From: an uncultured Candidatus Saccharibacteria bacterium | GTDB taxonomy: Bacteria; Patescibacteriota; Doudnabacteria; UBA920 | Assembly: GCA_964473815.1 (NCBI GenBank) | Contig: CAYYQK010000003.1 | Location: forward strand, 23,115-87,114 | Direction of reading: 5' to 3' | Length of the DNA: 64,000 nucleotides | Part shown: positions 36,850 to 46,561 of the stretch, in pieces | How positions within the stretch are numbered: the first letter of the stretch is position 1 | How the letters are laid out: each line of letters opens with the position of its first letter | The notes under the pieces: generated by a model | What the model saw: only the letters and a program-made list of their open reading frames with translations | What the model was told of the DNA's origin: nothing | Database searches by the model: none | Made by a program: the position numbers and the translations under genes

Positions 36850-38433
36850 TTATTTTACCTCGTAAACCACAATATTCCCCTGTTGATAAAAATTTGAGTA
36901 TTGGTCGGGGTGGGCATCCATGAAATCTAAAATGTCGCTATTACGGTTAGATTCCACAAATACAAACTTGCTATGGAGTTGGTTCTTAATTATATCGTAA
37001 ACTTGGCCGGGGTCGGTCCAGTCATCGGGGTTGTCGTCAGCAATTTTTCGCCACGCCCAGTATTTGTCAGAGTCTTGTAAATACAAAAAAGTTGGATCCA
37101 TGCCAGCCAAATAATAATTGGCGTCATCCCAATACCAAAGCTGTGGAAATTGATCCCATTGCGTGTTTAAAACAATATCACCGGTCTGACTGGCCGCGCG
37201 CATGGCCTGGGCAGCATTTTTGTAACGATCAGACCTGTCGCCACCCGCCAATATAGAATTTACCTGGCGCAAATTAAATTGAAACGAGAAAGCAGCGACA
37301 GCAATGAAGGTGATAACAATAAACTTAATTTGCCAATGTTCTTTGAATGCTTTGCGTAAATTTTCCACCGGGATACTCTTGAAGTAAGGAGTAAAAGTAA
37401 TTGCCGAAGCCAAAACAGCGAATGGCACAAAATATTCAATGAAGCGACGATGCATTAATGCAAGGATGAGAAACCCGAACGCAAGTGATTGCAACCAAAA
37501 AGTTAGCCAATTTAGTTTTTTTAAACGAAGTTCGTTTAAAGTTACGACGAAGGACATCAGCCAAACCACCAGCACCACAAAATCTGTTTTGATAAACCAA
37601 TCTAAGTTATATGGCAACCACTCATTCCCCGCGGGTACAGCACTCCCCGCTCTTAAGCCAGTTTCAAAAAGCTGATTAGCCAATGATTGCAGTAAGTGTT
37701 GATGGTGTGGATGAAATAGCATGCCTAGGACAATTCCAGTTATGACTGCGGCAGCAGGCCAAAGATCGAGCTTGTGTTCGAAAAGCAATATGGCCAGAAC
37801 ATAAGCTGCCACAATGATTGGTAAAAATACAAAACCGCCGTAGGTCCATACGAAAATGAAAGCTGTTAGCGCAATAAGTGCGATGGCAGTTTTTTTGCGG
37901 GCGCGTTGCCGCCACATCAAAAGCAAGATGGCGGCGAACATCAAAGCCAAAGAAAGTGTGTTGGCTTTGACTAAATTGATACGAAACGTAAAGTCTACTG
38001 AACCAGCCAGGAAAAGTAACGACCAAAACCACAAATGCGGGGTTTTGGTTTTGTAGAGCGCGAAAAGGAATGCCGCAAACGCGATTAGCGCGAAAATTAC
38101 GACAGAGGTTTGCAGACGTTCGACGGTGTTAAACGGGACTAACAACAAATGATAAAGATAGTGCTGGTCAGCGAAGCCATTTGCCCAGGTTGTATATGGT
38201 AGCCAAGTAAAGTTGTCTGTTAAGTGGCCTGAGACAAGTAGCTGAGATACTTTCGCGTGGTAAAAGCCATCCGGGTCGGCAAAAAGGCCTCGGTTTAGGA
38301 GTTGGAGAGGTGTTAGTATAAACAGTCCCAGAAGGAAGCTAATTATCCAATCTTTTTTCATACCAAAATTTAAATAAATAGTTACCTGAGAGTATACAGC
38401 CAATAGTAAAAGGGAAAGCAAAAACAACATCAA
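36850..38433 (-). CDS. Polytopic membrane protein, putative glycosyltransferase (GT39/ArnT/PMT-like) with C-terminal soluble domain
   Basis: 527 aa with about 12 TM helices and a DPDGFYH loop motif near the N-terminus. Domain family not confirmed. Confidence 0.45.
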   Translation of the reverse strand: MMLFLLSLLLLAVYSQVTIYLNFGMKKDWIISFLLGLFILTPLQLLNRGLFADPDGFYHAKVSQLLVSGHLTDNFTWLPYTTWANGFADQHYLYHLLLVPFNTVERLQTSVVIFALIAFAAFLFALYKTKTPHLWFWSLLFLAGSVDFTFRINLVKANTLSLALMFAAILLLMWRQRARKKTAIALIALTAFIFVWTYGGFVFLPIIVAAYVLAILLFEHKLDLWPAAAVITGIVLGMLFHPHHQHLLQSLANQLFETGLRAGSAVPAGNEWLPYNLDWFIKTDFVVLVVWLMSFVVTLNELRLKKLNWLTFWLQSLAFGFLILALMHRRFIEYFVPFAVLASAITFTPYFKSIPVENLRKAFKEHWQIKFIVITFIAVAAFSFQFNLRQVNSILAGGDRSDRYKNAAQAMRAASQTGDIVLNTQWDQFPQLWYWDDANYYLAGMDPTFLYLQDSDKYWAWRKIADDNPDDWTDPGQVYDIIKNQLHSKFVFVESNRNSDILDFMDAHPDQYSNFYQQGNIVVYEVK

Positions 38434-39298
38434 TTAAATAATGTTGGCGAAGATAAATTGTTGAAACCCAAAGCAGTATAATTATGGGAAGTAAAGTACA
38501 AAATAAATACTTAGAATTCCGATATGCGACGTACAAATAAGCAAAAGTGCACGCAACATGAAGACTTGGGAAGCAATTTCGAGCTGCATTATTTAAGTTT
38601 AGCAAACCCACACTAACATTATTCATAAGCACTCCCTCTAAATCTTTCTGGAATTTACCATTTAGATATAGTTCTGGGCCTACCGCAGGCACGAGCAAAT
38701 AGAAAACATACCCAAGAAAAAAAATAATGGTGATTATGGTAACAAATCTTAATGTTTCACTCTTTTTATCATTTATATAGAAGTAAACGGCTAGAATTGG
38801 AATATAAAAGAAAAAGCTTAGATAAACTAGATTCATTAACTCAGTTAGATAAGGACTTGCGATATTTTGTAGCCAATTATTCAACACTGAAAAATTAAAA
38901 AAGACTAAATCATAATGTATCAAGTCTGAATCCCGATCAATCGGTGAAATTATATGAATCACCGATTGTAAATTTTCATAGATAACAAGAATCAAGATAC
39001 ATACGAGAAAAATTCTCGCATACATAAAAATCTTGCGCACATGGTCTCTAAAAATCGGAAGGTCTTTTTCCCTAAACAAGTTTACTGCAAGAACCGAAAG
39101 CAAAACAAATAGTGCGAAAAAAAATGCAAACAACAACAGACCCAAAACCCAGTTGGAAAAAAGTGGTAAAAAATCAAAAGTTACTTGGAAACGCCAGCTG
39201 AGAAAAACACAAACAATGAAAGCTGGTGCTAAGATCAACTCATGTAAATAAAAATTCCGTTTCAGCCATGATATTCTCATAGATAAATTATATAGCAA
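38339..39298 (-). CDS. PAP2-superfamily-like membrane protein
   Basis: 319 aa. PSLHVA ... RQHYLIDV resemble PAP2 motifs 2 and 3 (PSGH / SRxxxxxHxxxD). Confidence 0.55.
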   Translation of the reverse strand: MLYNLSMRISWLKRNFYLHELILAPAFIVCVFLSWRFQVTFDFLPLFSNWVLGLLLFAFFFALFVLLSVLAVNLFREKDLPIFRDHVRKIFMYARIFLVCILILVIYENLQSVIHIISPIDRDSDLIHYDLVFFNFSVLNNWLQNIASPYLTELMNLVYLSFFFYIPILAVYFYINDKKSETLRFVTIITIIFFLGYVFYLLVPAVGPELYLNGKFQKDLEGVLMNNVSVGLLNLNNAARNCFPSLHVACTFAYLYVAYRNSKYLFCTLLPIIILLWVSTIYLRQHYLIDVVFAFPFTIGCILSGNYLFKFWYEKRLDN

Positions 39299-39364
39299 AA
39301 GTGATTAAGCCAAAACAAAAAGGGCCAACGCAAGCGTTAGCCCTTTCAGTGTTTCGAAAGTCTT

Positions 39365-40738
39365 TTATTCCACGGTCACCGTGGTGTCAAAGCCTTTACT
39401 GTTGTCAGACCAGTTCTGGCTGGGATTTGCCTTGCTCGGATCAAGGTCATTGATCGCGAGAAGTAAATTTCCACTTGAACTAGCTACCCCCTTATAATTT
39501 GGTCCGACCGGAAACCAAGAGCCATCCCCGATCTTTGCGATCAGAGCGCCCTTGAGAGCGGTTGGACACATATACATATTGATGTTCGAGAAGTATTCTT
39601 CCCTACTTATCAAAGGTGAACCAGTTGGCGACGTGCCACCGGGCCCACATTCCTCATGCCTTGTTGGATTGCCTGGATTTATATTCTTCCAGACTGCTGT
39701 TCCTGAGCCGGTGATAGTAATCTTCGACCCAGAAGAAACGTATCCAGCATTTATGCCGTTGTAGTTTTTCGCATCCACGAAAACCTTTTGGGTTCCCGCG
39801 ACTACTTTTCCTTGCGAAGGGGCCGCTGTATTAGAGGACCCGATCGAAGTTGGATTGTTTCTCGGCGCTGGACCGAAAGCCGCTACCGTCCTTTCTCCTA
39901 AAAAGATCAAGAACGCGAGCAATACCACAAACAGTGCGACCATCGGCAGGCCAGCTTTTTTATTTTTGCTGACTGCGGTGAACACGATACTTAACAACAA
40001 ACCAGCAAAAGCGATAAAAAGAACAATCGCCATTCCATAGTTTGTGGAAGCAAGGTTTTCCATCGCTGTATACTTAGGACCGATCGTTTCGATACGATCC
40101 GTAACACCCGACCAGAGGTTGGGTGCCATGTAGCCCAATGAATAAGCGATGGCCAATCCGATTCCGACAAGCACATTAAGTATGCCGTAGAACCGGAGCC
40201 ATGTTCCGTTCTCAGATCCGACGATGCAGGCTCCGAACAAAATTGCCCAGGAGCATCCAGCAACAACGAGAAATGCAAACGGATTTGTATAAACAGGAAA
40301 TATGATCGCATAGGCACAAAGCAGTTGCAATGTCGCCGCGATCGAGAAAATCACTTGATACACAAACCTTACCGCATCAGCAGAAGGCCCTTCGGGAAGG
40401 TTTAAACCATCCCCAGGTAGCCACTCAGTTCCTTGATTCAAGACAGTTCGGATTGCCTCATATCCGTAAGTAATGCCCGTGAGTGCGACTGCGCAACGAG
40501 CAGCAAAAATTACTAGAAGCAAACCACCAAACAGCCAGGCAAAACCGAATAACCACATCGCAAATCTGGGCACATTAGCCCAGTAGCCGATCAATGTCCC
40601 GCTTACAAGCAAGGCACCAATGAAGGCTGCAGCCCTTACCAATGAGGCGAAGGCTGCATCGATGTTGTCATCAACCCACAGAATAACGTCAGCCCCTGTC
40701 CCAATTAGGCGGCCGAAAATCATTTGAAGAAAATTCAT
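39365..40738 (-). CDS. Polytopic membrane protein with C-terminal LecA/PA-IL-like lectin domain
   Basis: 457 aa. About 8 TM helices, then a C-terminal ~120 aa aligning by eye to P. aeruginosa LecA: KITITGSGTAVW / CPTALKGALIAKIGDGSWFPVGPN / SGNLLLAINDLDP...NWSDNSKGF. Confidence 0.6.
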   Translation of the reverse strand: MNFLQMIFGRLIGTGADVILWVDDNIDAAFASLVRAAAFIGALLVSGTLIGYWANVPRFAMWLFGFAWLFGGLLLVIFAARCAVALTGITYGYEAIRTVLNQGTEWLPGDGLNLPEGPSADAVRFVYQVIFSIAATLQLLCAYAIIFPVYTNPFAFLVVAGCSWAILFGACIVGSENGTWLRFYGILNVLVGIGLAIAYSLGYMAPNLWSGVTDRIETIGPKYTAMENLASTNYGMAIVLFIAFAGLLLSIVFTAVSKNKKAGLPMVALFVVLLAFLIFLGERTVAAFGPAPRNNPTSIGSSNTAAPSQGKVVAGTQKVFVDAKNYNGINAGYVSSGSKITITGSGTAVWKNINPGNPTRHEECGPGGTSPTGSPLISREEYFSNINMYMCPTALKGALIAKIGDGSWFPVGPNYKGVASSSGNLLLAINDLDPSKANPSQNWSDNSKGFDTTVTVE

Positions 40739-40756
40739 TTTTTTCCTTGCCCCAAT

Positions 40757-41434
40757 TTATTTACGGAAGGGGTTTAACCATCCTGAAATTCCTCGCGCCG
40801 GCTTTGAAGCCGCTTTCCGGACCGGATCATCAGAGAACCGATCACTCAACCTCTGTAATGACCCGTCCATATGCTTCTTCGCCTTTTTGGCTTGTTTGCC
40901 AAACAGTTTCTTATCCTTGTCAGCAAGGATTTCGAACTCTGTTTTGGAAAAATAACCCGCGGCGATCAGCCAATCCTTGCGCTCTTTATGTGTGCCGAGA
41001 GCGGCCGCAGTGGCCAACTTATTCTGGCGTATTTCGGCGTTCGCTTCTTTTGCGTGGCCGATGCGAACCCTTCGCATAACTTCAGGGCTTTTCTTCTCAA
41101 GCTTTTTGAAAGTCTTGATCAGATCTTTTGCATCAGCGTCCGTAGCGAGTCCTAACCGCATAACCTCCATGAGGTCCTCGGCCAATTTTTCCTCGTCACG
41201 TTCGCCAACACCATGCGGATCCGGGCGGAGAGTGGTGGCCAAAGCGATCGCCTCGTCTTCCTTGTCTTCTCCGAGCAAACCCGAAATCTTTTGTAGGGTA
41301 TCCTTTACAGGCCCCTGATTTTTCCCGAACAACATGTAAGCAGTTGCATCGGCGCCAAGGGATAGCAGATACTCCATAACCATCCCCACACTCTTGTCTT
41401 TTATTTTGTTCAGAATCTCTTGCTTGTCCATCAT
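40757..41434 (-). CDS. Helical, lysine-rich hypothetical protein (start at MMDKQE)
   Basis: The ORF extends upstream into the preceding gene. The ATG at 41434 overlaps the upstream stop. Confidence 0.5.
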   Translation of the reverse strand: MMDKQEILNKIKDKSVGMVMEYLLSLGADATAYMLFGKNQGPVKDTLQKISGLLGEDKEDEAIALATTLRPDPHGVGERDEEKLAEDLMEVMRLGLATDADAKDLIKTFKKLEKKSPEVMRRVRIGHAKEANAEIRQNKLATAAALGTHKERKDWLIAAGYFSKTEFEILADKDKKLFGKQAKKAKKHMDGSLQRLSDRFSDDPVRKAASKPARGISGWLNPFRK

Positions 41435-42324
41435 TACCTCTTTGTCAATCTGAAGTGAAGGGATTGAGCAGTTTCTGCATGCGTCACTGTGACACTGCAT
41501 GACCTACCCAGGAAATTAAATCCGATCGATTGAAGTCCGCTTTTTGGCGTTGTCCATCGATGCGCACGTACGTTTGTCGCGATAGGAGCACCTGTGAATA
41601 AATTACTAATCGTGAGCGGCGCAGTAGATGTGATTATCATCTTCTGCCCTGCTAACTGATTAGCGTCATTAAAGGTGCTAATGTTTCGCTTAAACGTATG
41701 ACCAGCAGTAACTCGTTCTTCGCTATCACCCGGAGGGTCAAGTTTGAAGCGACCTGCTTTCGAAGCGACTGAAACCGTTGGCACTGAGTCTTGAGGGATC
41801 GGTCTAGTAACACGCTGTGAACCATAAACGATTGACACATGTGTCACAAACTCATCCAACTTGGAAATGTCGATTGACTTTTTCCCCAAACCCGTCAAGT
41901 CAGTGATGACTTGCTCGGGCACTCCAGGCGAACTTTCTAGCCTCGCCTGGTAAGGATTGTTCTGATTGCCGACGAACAGATCGATAGCTGTGGAGATAGG
42001 TTTTCCATTCTCCAAGTACCGAACTGTAAGATGTATCTTTTCGCCTTTCTTGCCTTCCACGAATAATTCCATGGTGGCCTTTGGTCCTTTGGGTGAAAAT
42101 GTCTTTCCGGCTCCTGTGCTGACGATCTTTATATTGACTGCCTTAGGTTTCGCTGGATCAGAGCTATCGACGTCGAAAGTTACCTCGTCGTCGTCTGACA
42201 GCTTTTTTTTGTCCGCTGGATCAACATCAGTCACCGAAAAATAGAGATCCCCACTGCCCGAAGGCGAAGGGAAATCCAAATATCCACGTTTTCCGTTAAA
42301 GATTTTCACTTTTGCCTGTGGCAT
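41434..42324 (-). CDS. Hypothetical beta-rich protein (296 aa)
   Basis: No motif recognised. Extended -10-like TGGTATACT upstream (42439-42447). Confidence 0.5.
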   Translation of the reverse strand: MPQAKVKIFNGKRGYLDFPSPSGSGDLYFSVTDVDPADKKKLSDDDEVTFDVDSSDPAKPKAVNIKIVSTGAGKTFSPKGPKATMELFVEGKKGEKIHLTVRYLENGKPISTAIDLFVGNQNNPYQARLESSPGVPEQVITDLTGLGKKSIDISKLDEFVTHVSIVYGSQRVTRPIPQDSVPTVSVASKAGRFKLDPPGDSEERVTAGHTFKRNISTFNDANQLAGQKMIITSTAPLTISNLFTGAPIATNVRAHRWTTPKSGLQSIGFNFLGRSCSVTVTHAETAQSLHFRLTKR

Positions 42325-42487
42325 GTAGTTTCCTCCGAAATATTCAGTTTTTAATGTACAATTGCAGGCAAAAGGTTATTTTGCCAAAACAATTTACTTG
42401 ATAAATAAGCTGTTTTCGCTAAATAACCGTTATTATTTAATTTGATATATAGTATACCATAAATCTTGATTATTGTCAATAGATACT

Positions 42488-42517
42488 AAAAAACCCCTTT
42501 GTTTTGGGGTTTTTTGT
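42488..42517 (-). terminator. Rho-independent terminator (AAAACCCC-TTTGTTTT-GGGGTTTTTT)
   Basis: Near-palindromic hairpin with flanking A/T runs, directly downstream of the 42521 gene. Confidence 0.5.
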
Positions 42518-42520
42518 ATA

Positions 42521-42820
42521 TTATTCCAATGCTTTTCTGGTTTTTAGTAACTCTAGACTTTCCATTGCTTCATTTTCTATACTTTCTAAATCTTTGAGTT
42601 GTTGAACCAATTCTGCTGTATTTTCCAGATATTCTTCATTAGCTCTATTTTTAGCTTTTACGTAAATTTCGGCTATTAACGTATACATTTCGGCTTTTTC
42701 GTTCTCAGTTAGATCTCCCGCCAAAGCTTCTTCTATAATTTTTTTTGCCTCTTCAAGATTATTACCTTCCAAATATTCTTGCAATAAATCTAAATTATTC
42801 ATTGAAGCTCTCCATAGCAA
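42521..42820 (-). CDS. Small helical hypothetical protein (about 93-99 aa)
   Basis: Last gene of the T4CP-like operon. Overlaps the upstream gene end. Possible TPR-like helical hairpins. Confidence 0.45.
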   Translation of the reverse strand: MLWRASMNNLDLLQEYLEGNNLEEAKKIIEEALAGDLTENEKAEMYTLIAEIYVKAKNRANEEYLENTAELVQQLKDLESIENEAMESLELLKTRKALE

Positions 42821-43937
42821 ACTTCAACAAAATCTGTTTTGATTTTGGTAGTTTGTCCATTAATTTGTCATTAATATAATCAACTATAAATGTTTCAGTT
42901 TCTTCCTTGGTCTTCCCACCAAGTTTTTCTCGCTTAAATACTGGTTTCAATACTTCTTTCATTTTATTTAAAGTAAGTGAACCATCTTTAATGTTTTCAA
43001 CTGCTGATTTTAGATCTTTCGTAAATGCTTTATCTAAATTATTATCAACTTCTTCCGTGAAGCTATCCAAATCAAAACCTTCCGGAAGATACTCACCCTT
43101 CTCTGTCAGTTTGTCTATAAATGCTCTTGTCTCATCTAATCCTTTGACTTTTTTAGTTGCTTTATTTGCTGGATCAGTGAGCTCTTTAAGTCGTTTATCA
43201 ACTTTATTTTGTTGTAGTTCACGAATGCTTTCCATAGGTTCTAAGTCATCAAATATTTTCCCTCGTAAATCTTTGATATTACTTAGAAGGGAGTTTAATT
43301 CCACTTCAGTTTTTTCACCTTCCTTAAATTTTCTAAAGATTTCAATGGACTGATTCTTTAAATTGGCTAAGTCAATACCATTCTCAGTAGCAGATTCTCT
43401 TGCTGCTTTATGGTCGGTAGAGTACCGTCGCATAAATTGCAAACTTTTTTTCGTGCTTGCAAGTTTTTGTACTGCTTCCTGTTGAGCTCGCAGCTTTTCC
43501 ATCCCTCCCAATTTCTCTAAAGCTTTATTTTGTTCTGTAACCTTTTCATTCAACTCTCGAAATTTTGCTATCTCTGAAGAAAGTTCACTGATTCTTTCAG
43601 GACTTTCTATTAATTGTTGTTCTAGGTATTTATCTATTGCTTCCGCTACTTGTCCTGATTCGTCTTTATCAAAACTTAAACCAATATCTTTTTTGAAATC
43701 ATCTTTAATGATGGTTTGAATTTCTTTAGATACTTTTTCTTTACTCTTGAAAGCTTCATGAGACTTTTTCAAGGTCTCCAAATTTGAATCCACATCTAAA
43801 CTAGGATCGGAATCCACGAACTTCATAAACCGAGCATCATTAAATATGCTCTCTTTATCTTTTTGGTCCTGCTGGGTTTTCAGTTCTGCCTCTGTTGGAC
43901 CTGCGGGCGCTTTGTCTTTTCTACTAAACCATCCCAT
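42795..43937 (-). CDS. Coiled-coil hypothetical protein (380 aa), K/E-rich
   Basis: Heptad-rich, no TM. Immediately downstream of the ATPase. Confidence 0.55.
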   Translation of the reverse strand: MGWFSRKDKAPAGPTEAELKTQQDQKDKESIFNDARFMKFVDSDPSLDVDSNLETLKKSHEAFKSKEKVSKEIQTIIKDDFKKDIGLSFDKDESGQVAEAIDKYLEQQLIESPERISELSSEIAKFRELNEKVTEQNKALEKLGGMEKLRAQQEAVQKLASTKKSLQFMRRYSTDHKAARESATENGIDLANLKNQSIEIFRKFKEGEKTEVELNSLLSNIKDLRGKIFDDLEPMESIRELQQNKVDKRLKELTDPANKATKKVKGLDETRAFIDKLTEKGEYLPEGFDLDSFTEEVDNNLDKAFTKDLKSAVENIKDGSLTLNKMKEVLKPVFKREKLGGKTKEETETFIVDYINDKLMDKLPKSKQILLKFAMESFNE

Positions 43938-44002
43938 ATTTTTGATTAATTAATTACCTTCAATATATCCCATAAAGATGCCGATTGTCCAGATCTGGGT
44001 CT

Positions 44003-46561
44003 TTAAACCGTCTTCTCCACACTTGCCTCACCTGCAGCCATCATGTCTGCCACGCGACTCGCCTCTAAAATTTCCGACTCCACCTCTGCGCGAGGTCGGC
44101 CAAACTTCAAGCGCGACAACTGGCGTATAGCCGCTGCCACACTCGCCTGTTCTGGCGTTGCTTTCGGCAAAGGATAAGTCGCCATGTTAAACGGCTTTGA
44201 TGCTGTCCCGTTAATCATCAACTTTACAAACGCATTAAAGCGATCAACATTCAACAAATCAAAATCATTAAACACGGGTGCGAATTCTTTGGCCATAACT
44301 TCAGCATCTTCCACACCAATTCTAAAACTTACCATACTACCTGCATTCCCAAACACCGCGTCACGCAAGTCGTGACTGCCCGCGCCTTGCACACCAGCAC
44401 CTTGTTCTAACTGACCCAAAAACTGATGGCCAATAATTAAATTCAAACGATACTTACGCGCCTCACTCAAAATGGAAGAAAACGCGTCAGTAATAAAGTT
44501 TTGAAATTCATCTACGTACAAATAGAAGTCACGCCGTTGATCTTCCGGAATATCTGCGCGTGACATGGCGGCCATCTGAATCTTACTCACCAAAATCAAA
44601 CCAATCAATTTAGCATTCATTTCGCCCACCTTGCCCTTAGCCAAATTCACCAATAAAATTTTTCCATTATCCATTACATCGCGGAAGTTAAACGCACTTT
44701 TCGACTGACCAACAATGTTGCGCATCATGCTGTTCTCGACGAACCGTCCCACTTTAGAAACTAAATAACCCAACATTTCTGATTTATGAAAGTCCGAAGT
44801 CTTCGCCATTTCTTTTTCCCAGAACGCGCGCACAACCGGATCAGTCAACTTTCCAATTTTATATTTTTGAAATTCTACATCGGTGAACATGCGCGGAATT
44901 TCCACAATCGTTCCCGGATGCTCACTGTCCGACATTAAGGTCAACATAGCGTTACGCATATTGTGTTCAAACATCGGACCAAGCATGGCTGGGTCTGTCA
45001 CTAACTTGTAGAAAATGGAGATCATTTCCTGTACAGCAAAATCTTTTTCGCTCTCTTCTCTAATTTCGAGCATGTTCAGACCCATTGGTCTTTCCGTGTC
45101 GAACGGCTCGAATAAAATGACGTCCTCAGCGCGCTCTTTTGGAATGTGAGGTAAAATATCTTCAATGAAATCGCCATGCGGGTCGATCACGCACAACCCT
45201 TCCCCATTCTTAATATCTTGCACAGACATGTACTTCATTAACTCGGTTTTACCAACGCCCGTGCGACCAAGAATGTACATGTGGCGGCGGCGATCGTCGC
45301 GCGCAGCCTTAATCTGTGTTTCCACACCACGGTAAATATTGCGCCCCAGCAATACGCCTTCGCTAGACAAATTGACCGGCGCCGGCGCCTTTTTAGATTG
45401 CAACCACTTAATATTCGGCGTTTCCAAAAACGGCGTTGGCAAATGCCAAAGGCTAGTTAGTTCTTCTGTATTTAAAATCATCTTCTTGCCGTATCCGCGA
45501 TAAATCCGGAAAATAAAATCTTTAACAATATTCGGTGTCTTACGCTTCTTTAACCTAAACCCGTTAAACGGCGGCATGTTGTACTGCAAAAACGACGACA
45601 CAATGCTATTCAAATTCACTGCCGCCGCACCAGGATTTAGTGATGAAGTAATTATGCGAATATTAGTTTTAAACCCAGGTCGACTGGCCTTCTCTTCAAA
45701 CTTCTTCACCATCTCTTGTTGCATTGGTGTTAAGTTTATCGGGCTATACATACCAGATAAATCCTGATGATGCTGACCAACGCTGTCACCTGGAACAGAT
45801 TTCCCTAAAGTGCTTTCCCGCACAGTTGTAAAAGCTTCACTGGCTACGCGGGCACCGATCCCCTTCACAACTTTGTCTGGATTTTTTCCTTGCTGGATTT
45901 CCAGCGCCATATGACGCGGTTTGTGTTGCCAATGATTTCCCGCAGGTGACAAAATAAATTGAATTGCTGCGCCTTCCCCATCACCCATCTTTGACATTGC
46001 ATTGGTCAAAGAATTCAACGGATCGGTTTCCATATTTTTGTAAGTGCGGATTGGGAAAACATACGGGCGCATTGCTTGTAATTCTGCAGCAGCAATTTGA
46101 CCGCCTTTTTGGAATGGATTGTAACCGCGGATAATTTCAATGTATGAATGCGGATACTGTGCCTGCAATTGCTTTTCAATCAACTGCTGCAAATGCATTG
46201 GACAGTTAATGTAAAAAGAAATCTTTTTGTCGACACAAGCAATTTCAAAACTAATATATTCTTTGGGTTGCCACCACCAATTTTCATGACTAATTTCCGA
46301 CAGCGAAGTAAACAATTGCTCAGCCACAGCGACCATATTTTTTTTCGCTTCTTCGTTCGTTGCCAACTGCGGATTTTTATCATCAGAGTTTTCCTTTGGC
46401 ATTTGCACTTCCATAAACACCCACTTTTTTGTGCGAGGCAGAATCACTTTGTTCAAATACCAATGGCGATGAAGGTAATAAATAAGGTACGCCAAAAAGA
46501 CCGTTACCAGGACGGCCAATACAAGAACTGCGATTAAAACTGAGTTTACCTCAAACGGCAT
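44003..46561 (-). CDS. Membrane-anchored P-loop ATPase of the VirD4/TrwB/TraG-TraD (type IV coupling protein, TraG-D_C) family with a long N-terminal extension
   Basis: 852 aa. N-terminal TM. Walker A ILGRTGVGKT followed by VIDPHGD (cf. TrwB IVDPNGD). Walker B FYLYVDEFQNF. RKYRLNLIIGHQ. Confidence 0.65.
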   Translation of the reverse strand: MPFEVNSVLIAVLVLAVLVTVFLAYLIYYLHRHWYLNKVILPRTKKWVFMEVQMPKENSDDKNPQLATNEEAKKNMVAVAEQLFTSLSEISHENWWWQPKEYISFEIACVDKKISFYINCPMHLQQLIEKQLQAQYPHSYIEIIRGYNPFQKGGQIAAAELQAMRPYVFPIRTYKNMETDPLNSLTNAMSKMGDGEGAAIQFILSPAGNHWQHKPRHMALEIQQGKNPDKVVKGIGARVASEAFTTVRESTLGKSVPGDSVGQHHQDLSGMYSPINLTPMQQEMVKKFEEKASRPGFKTNIRIITSSLNPGAAAVNLNSIVSSFLQYNMPPFNGFRLKKRKTPNIVKDFIFRIYRGYGKKMILNTEELTSLWHLPTPFLETPNIKWLQSKKAPAPVNLSSEGVLLGRNIYRGVETQIKAARDDRRRHMYILGRTGVGKTELMKYMSVQDIKNGEGLCVIDPHGDFIEDILPHIPKERAEDVILFEPFDTERPMGLNMLEIREESEKDFAVQEMISIFYKLVTDPAMLGPMFEHNMRNAMLTLMSDSEHPGTIVEIPRMFTDVEFQKYKIGKLTDPVVRAFWEKEMAKTSDFHKSEMLGYLVSKVGRFVENSMMRNIVGQSKSAFNFRDVMDNGKILLVNLAKGKVGEMNAKLIGLILVSKIQMAAMSRADIPEDQRRDFYLYVDEFQNFITDAFSSILSEARKYRLNLIIGHQFLGQLEQGAGVQGAGSHDLRDAVFGNAGSMVSFRIGVEDAEVMAKEFAPVFNDFDLLNVDRFNAFVKLMINGTASKPFNMATYPLPKATPEQASVAAAIRQLSRLKFGRPRAEVESEILEASRVADMMAAGEASVEKTV

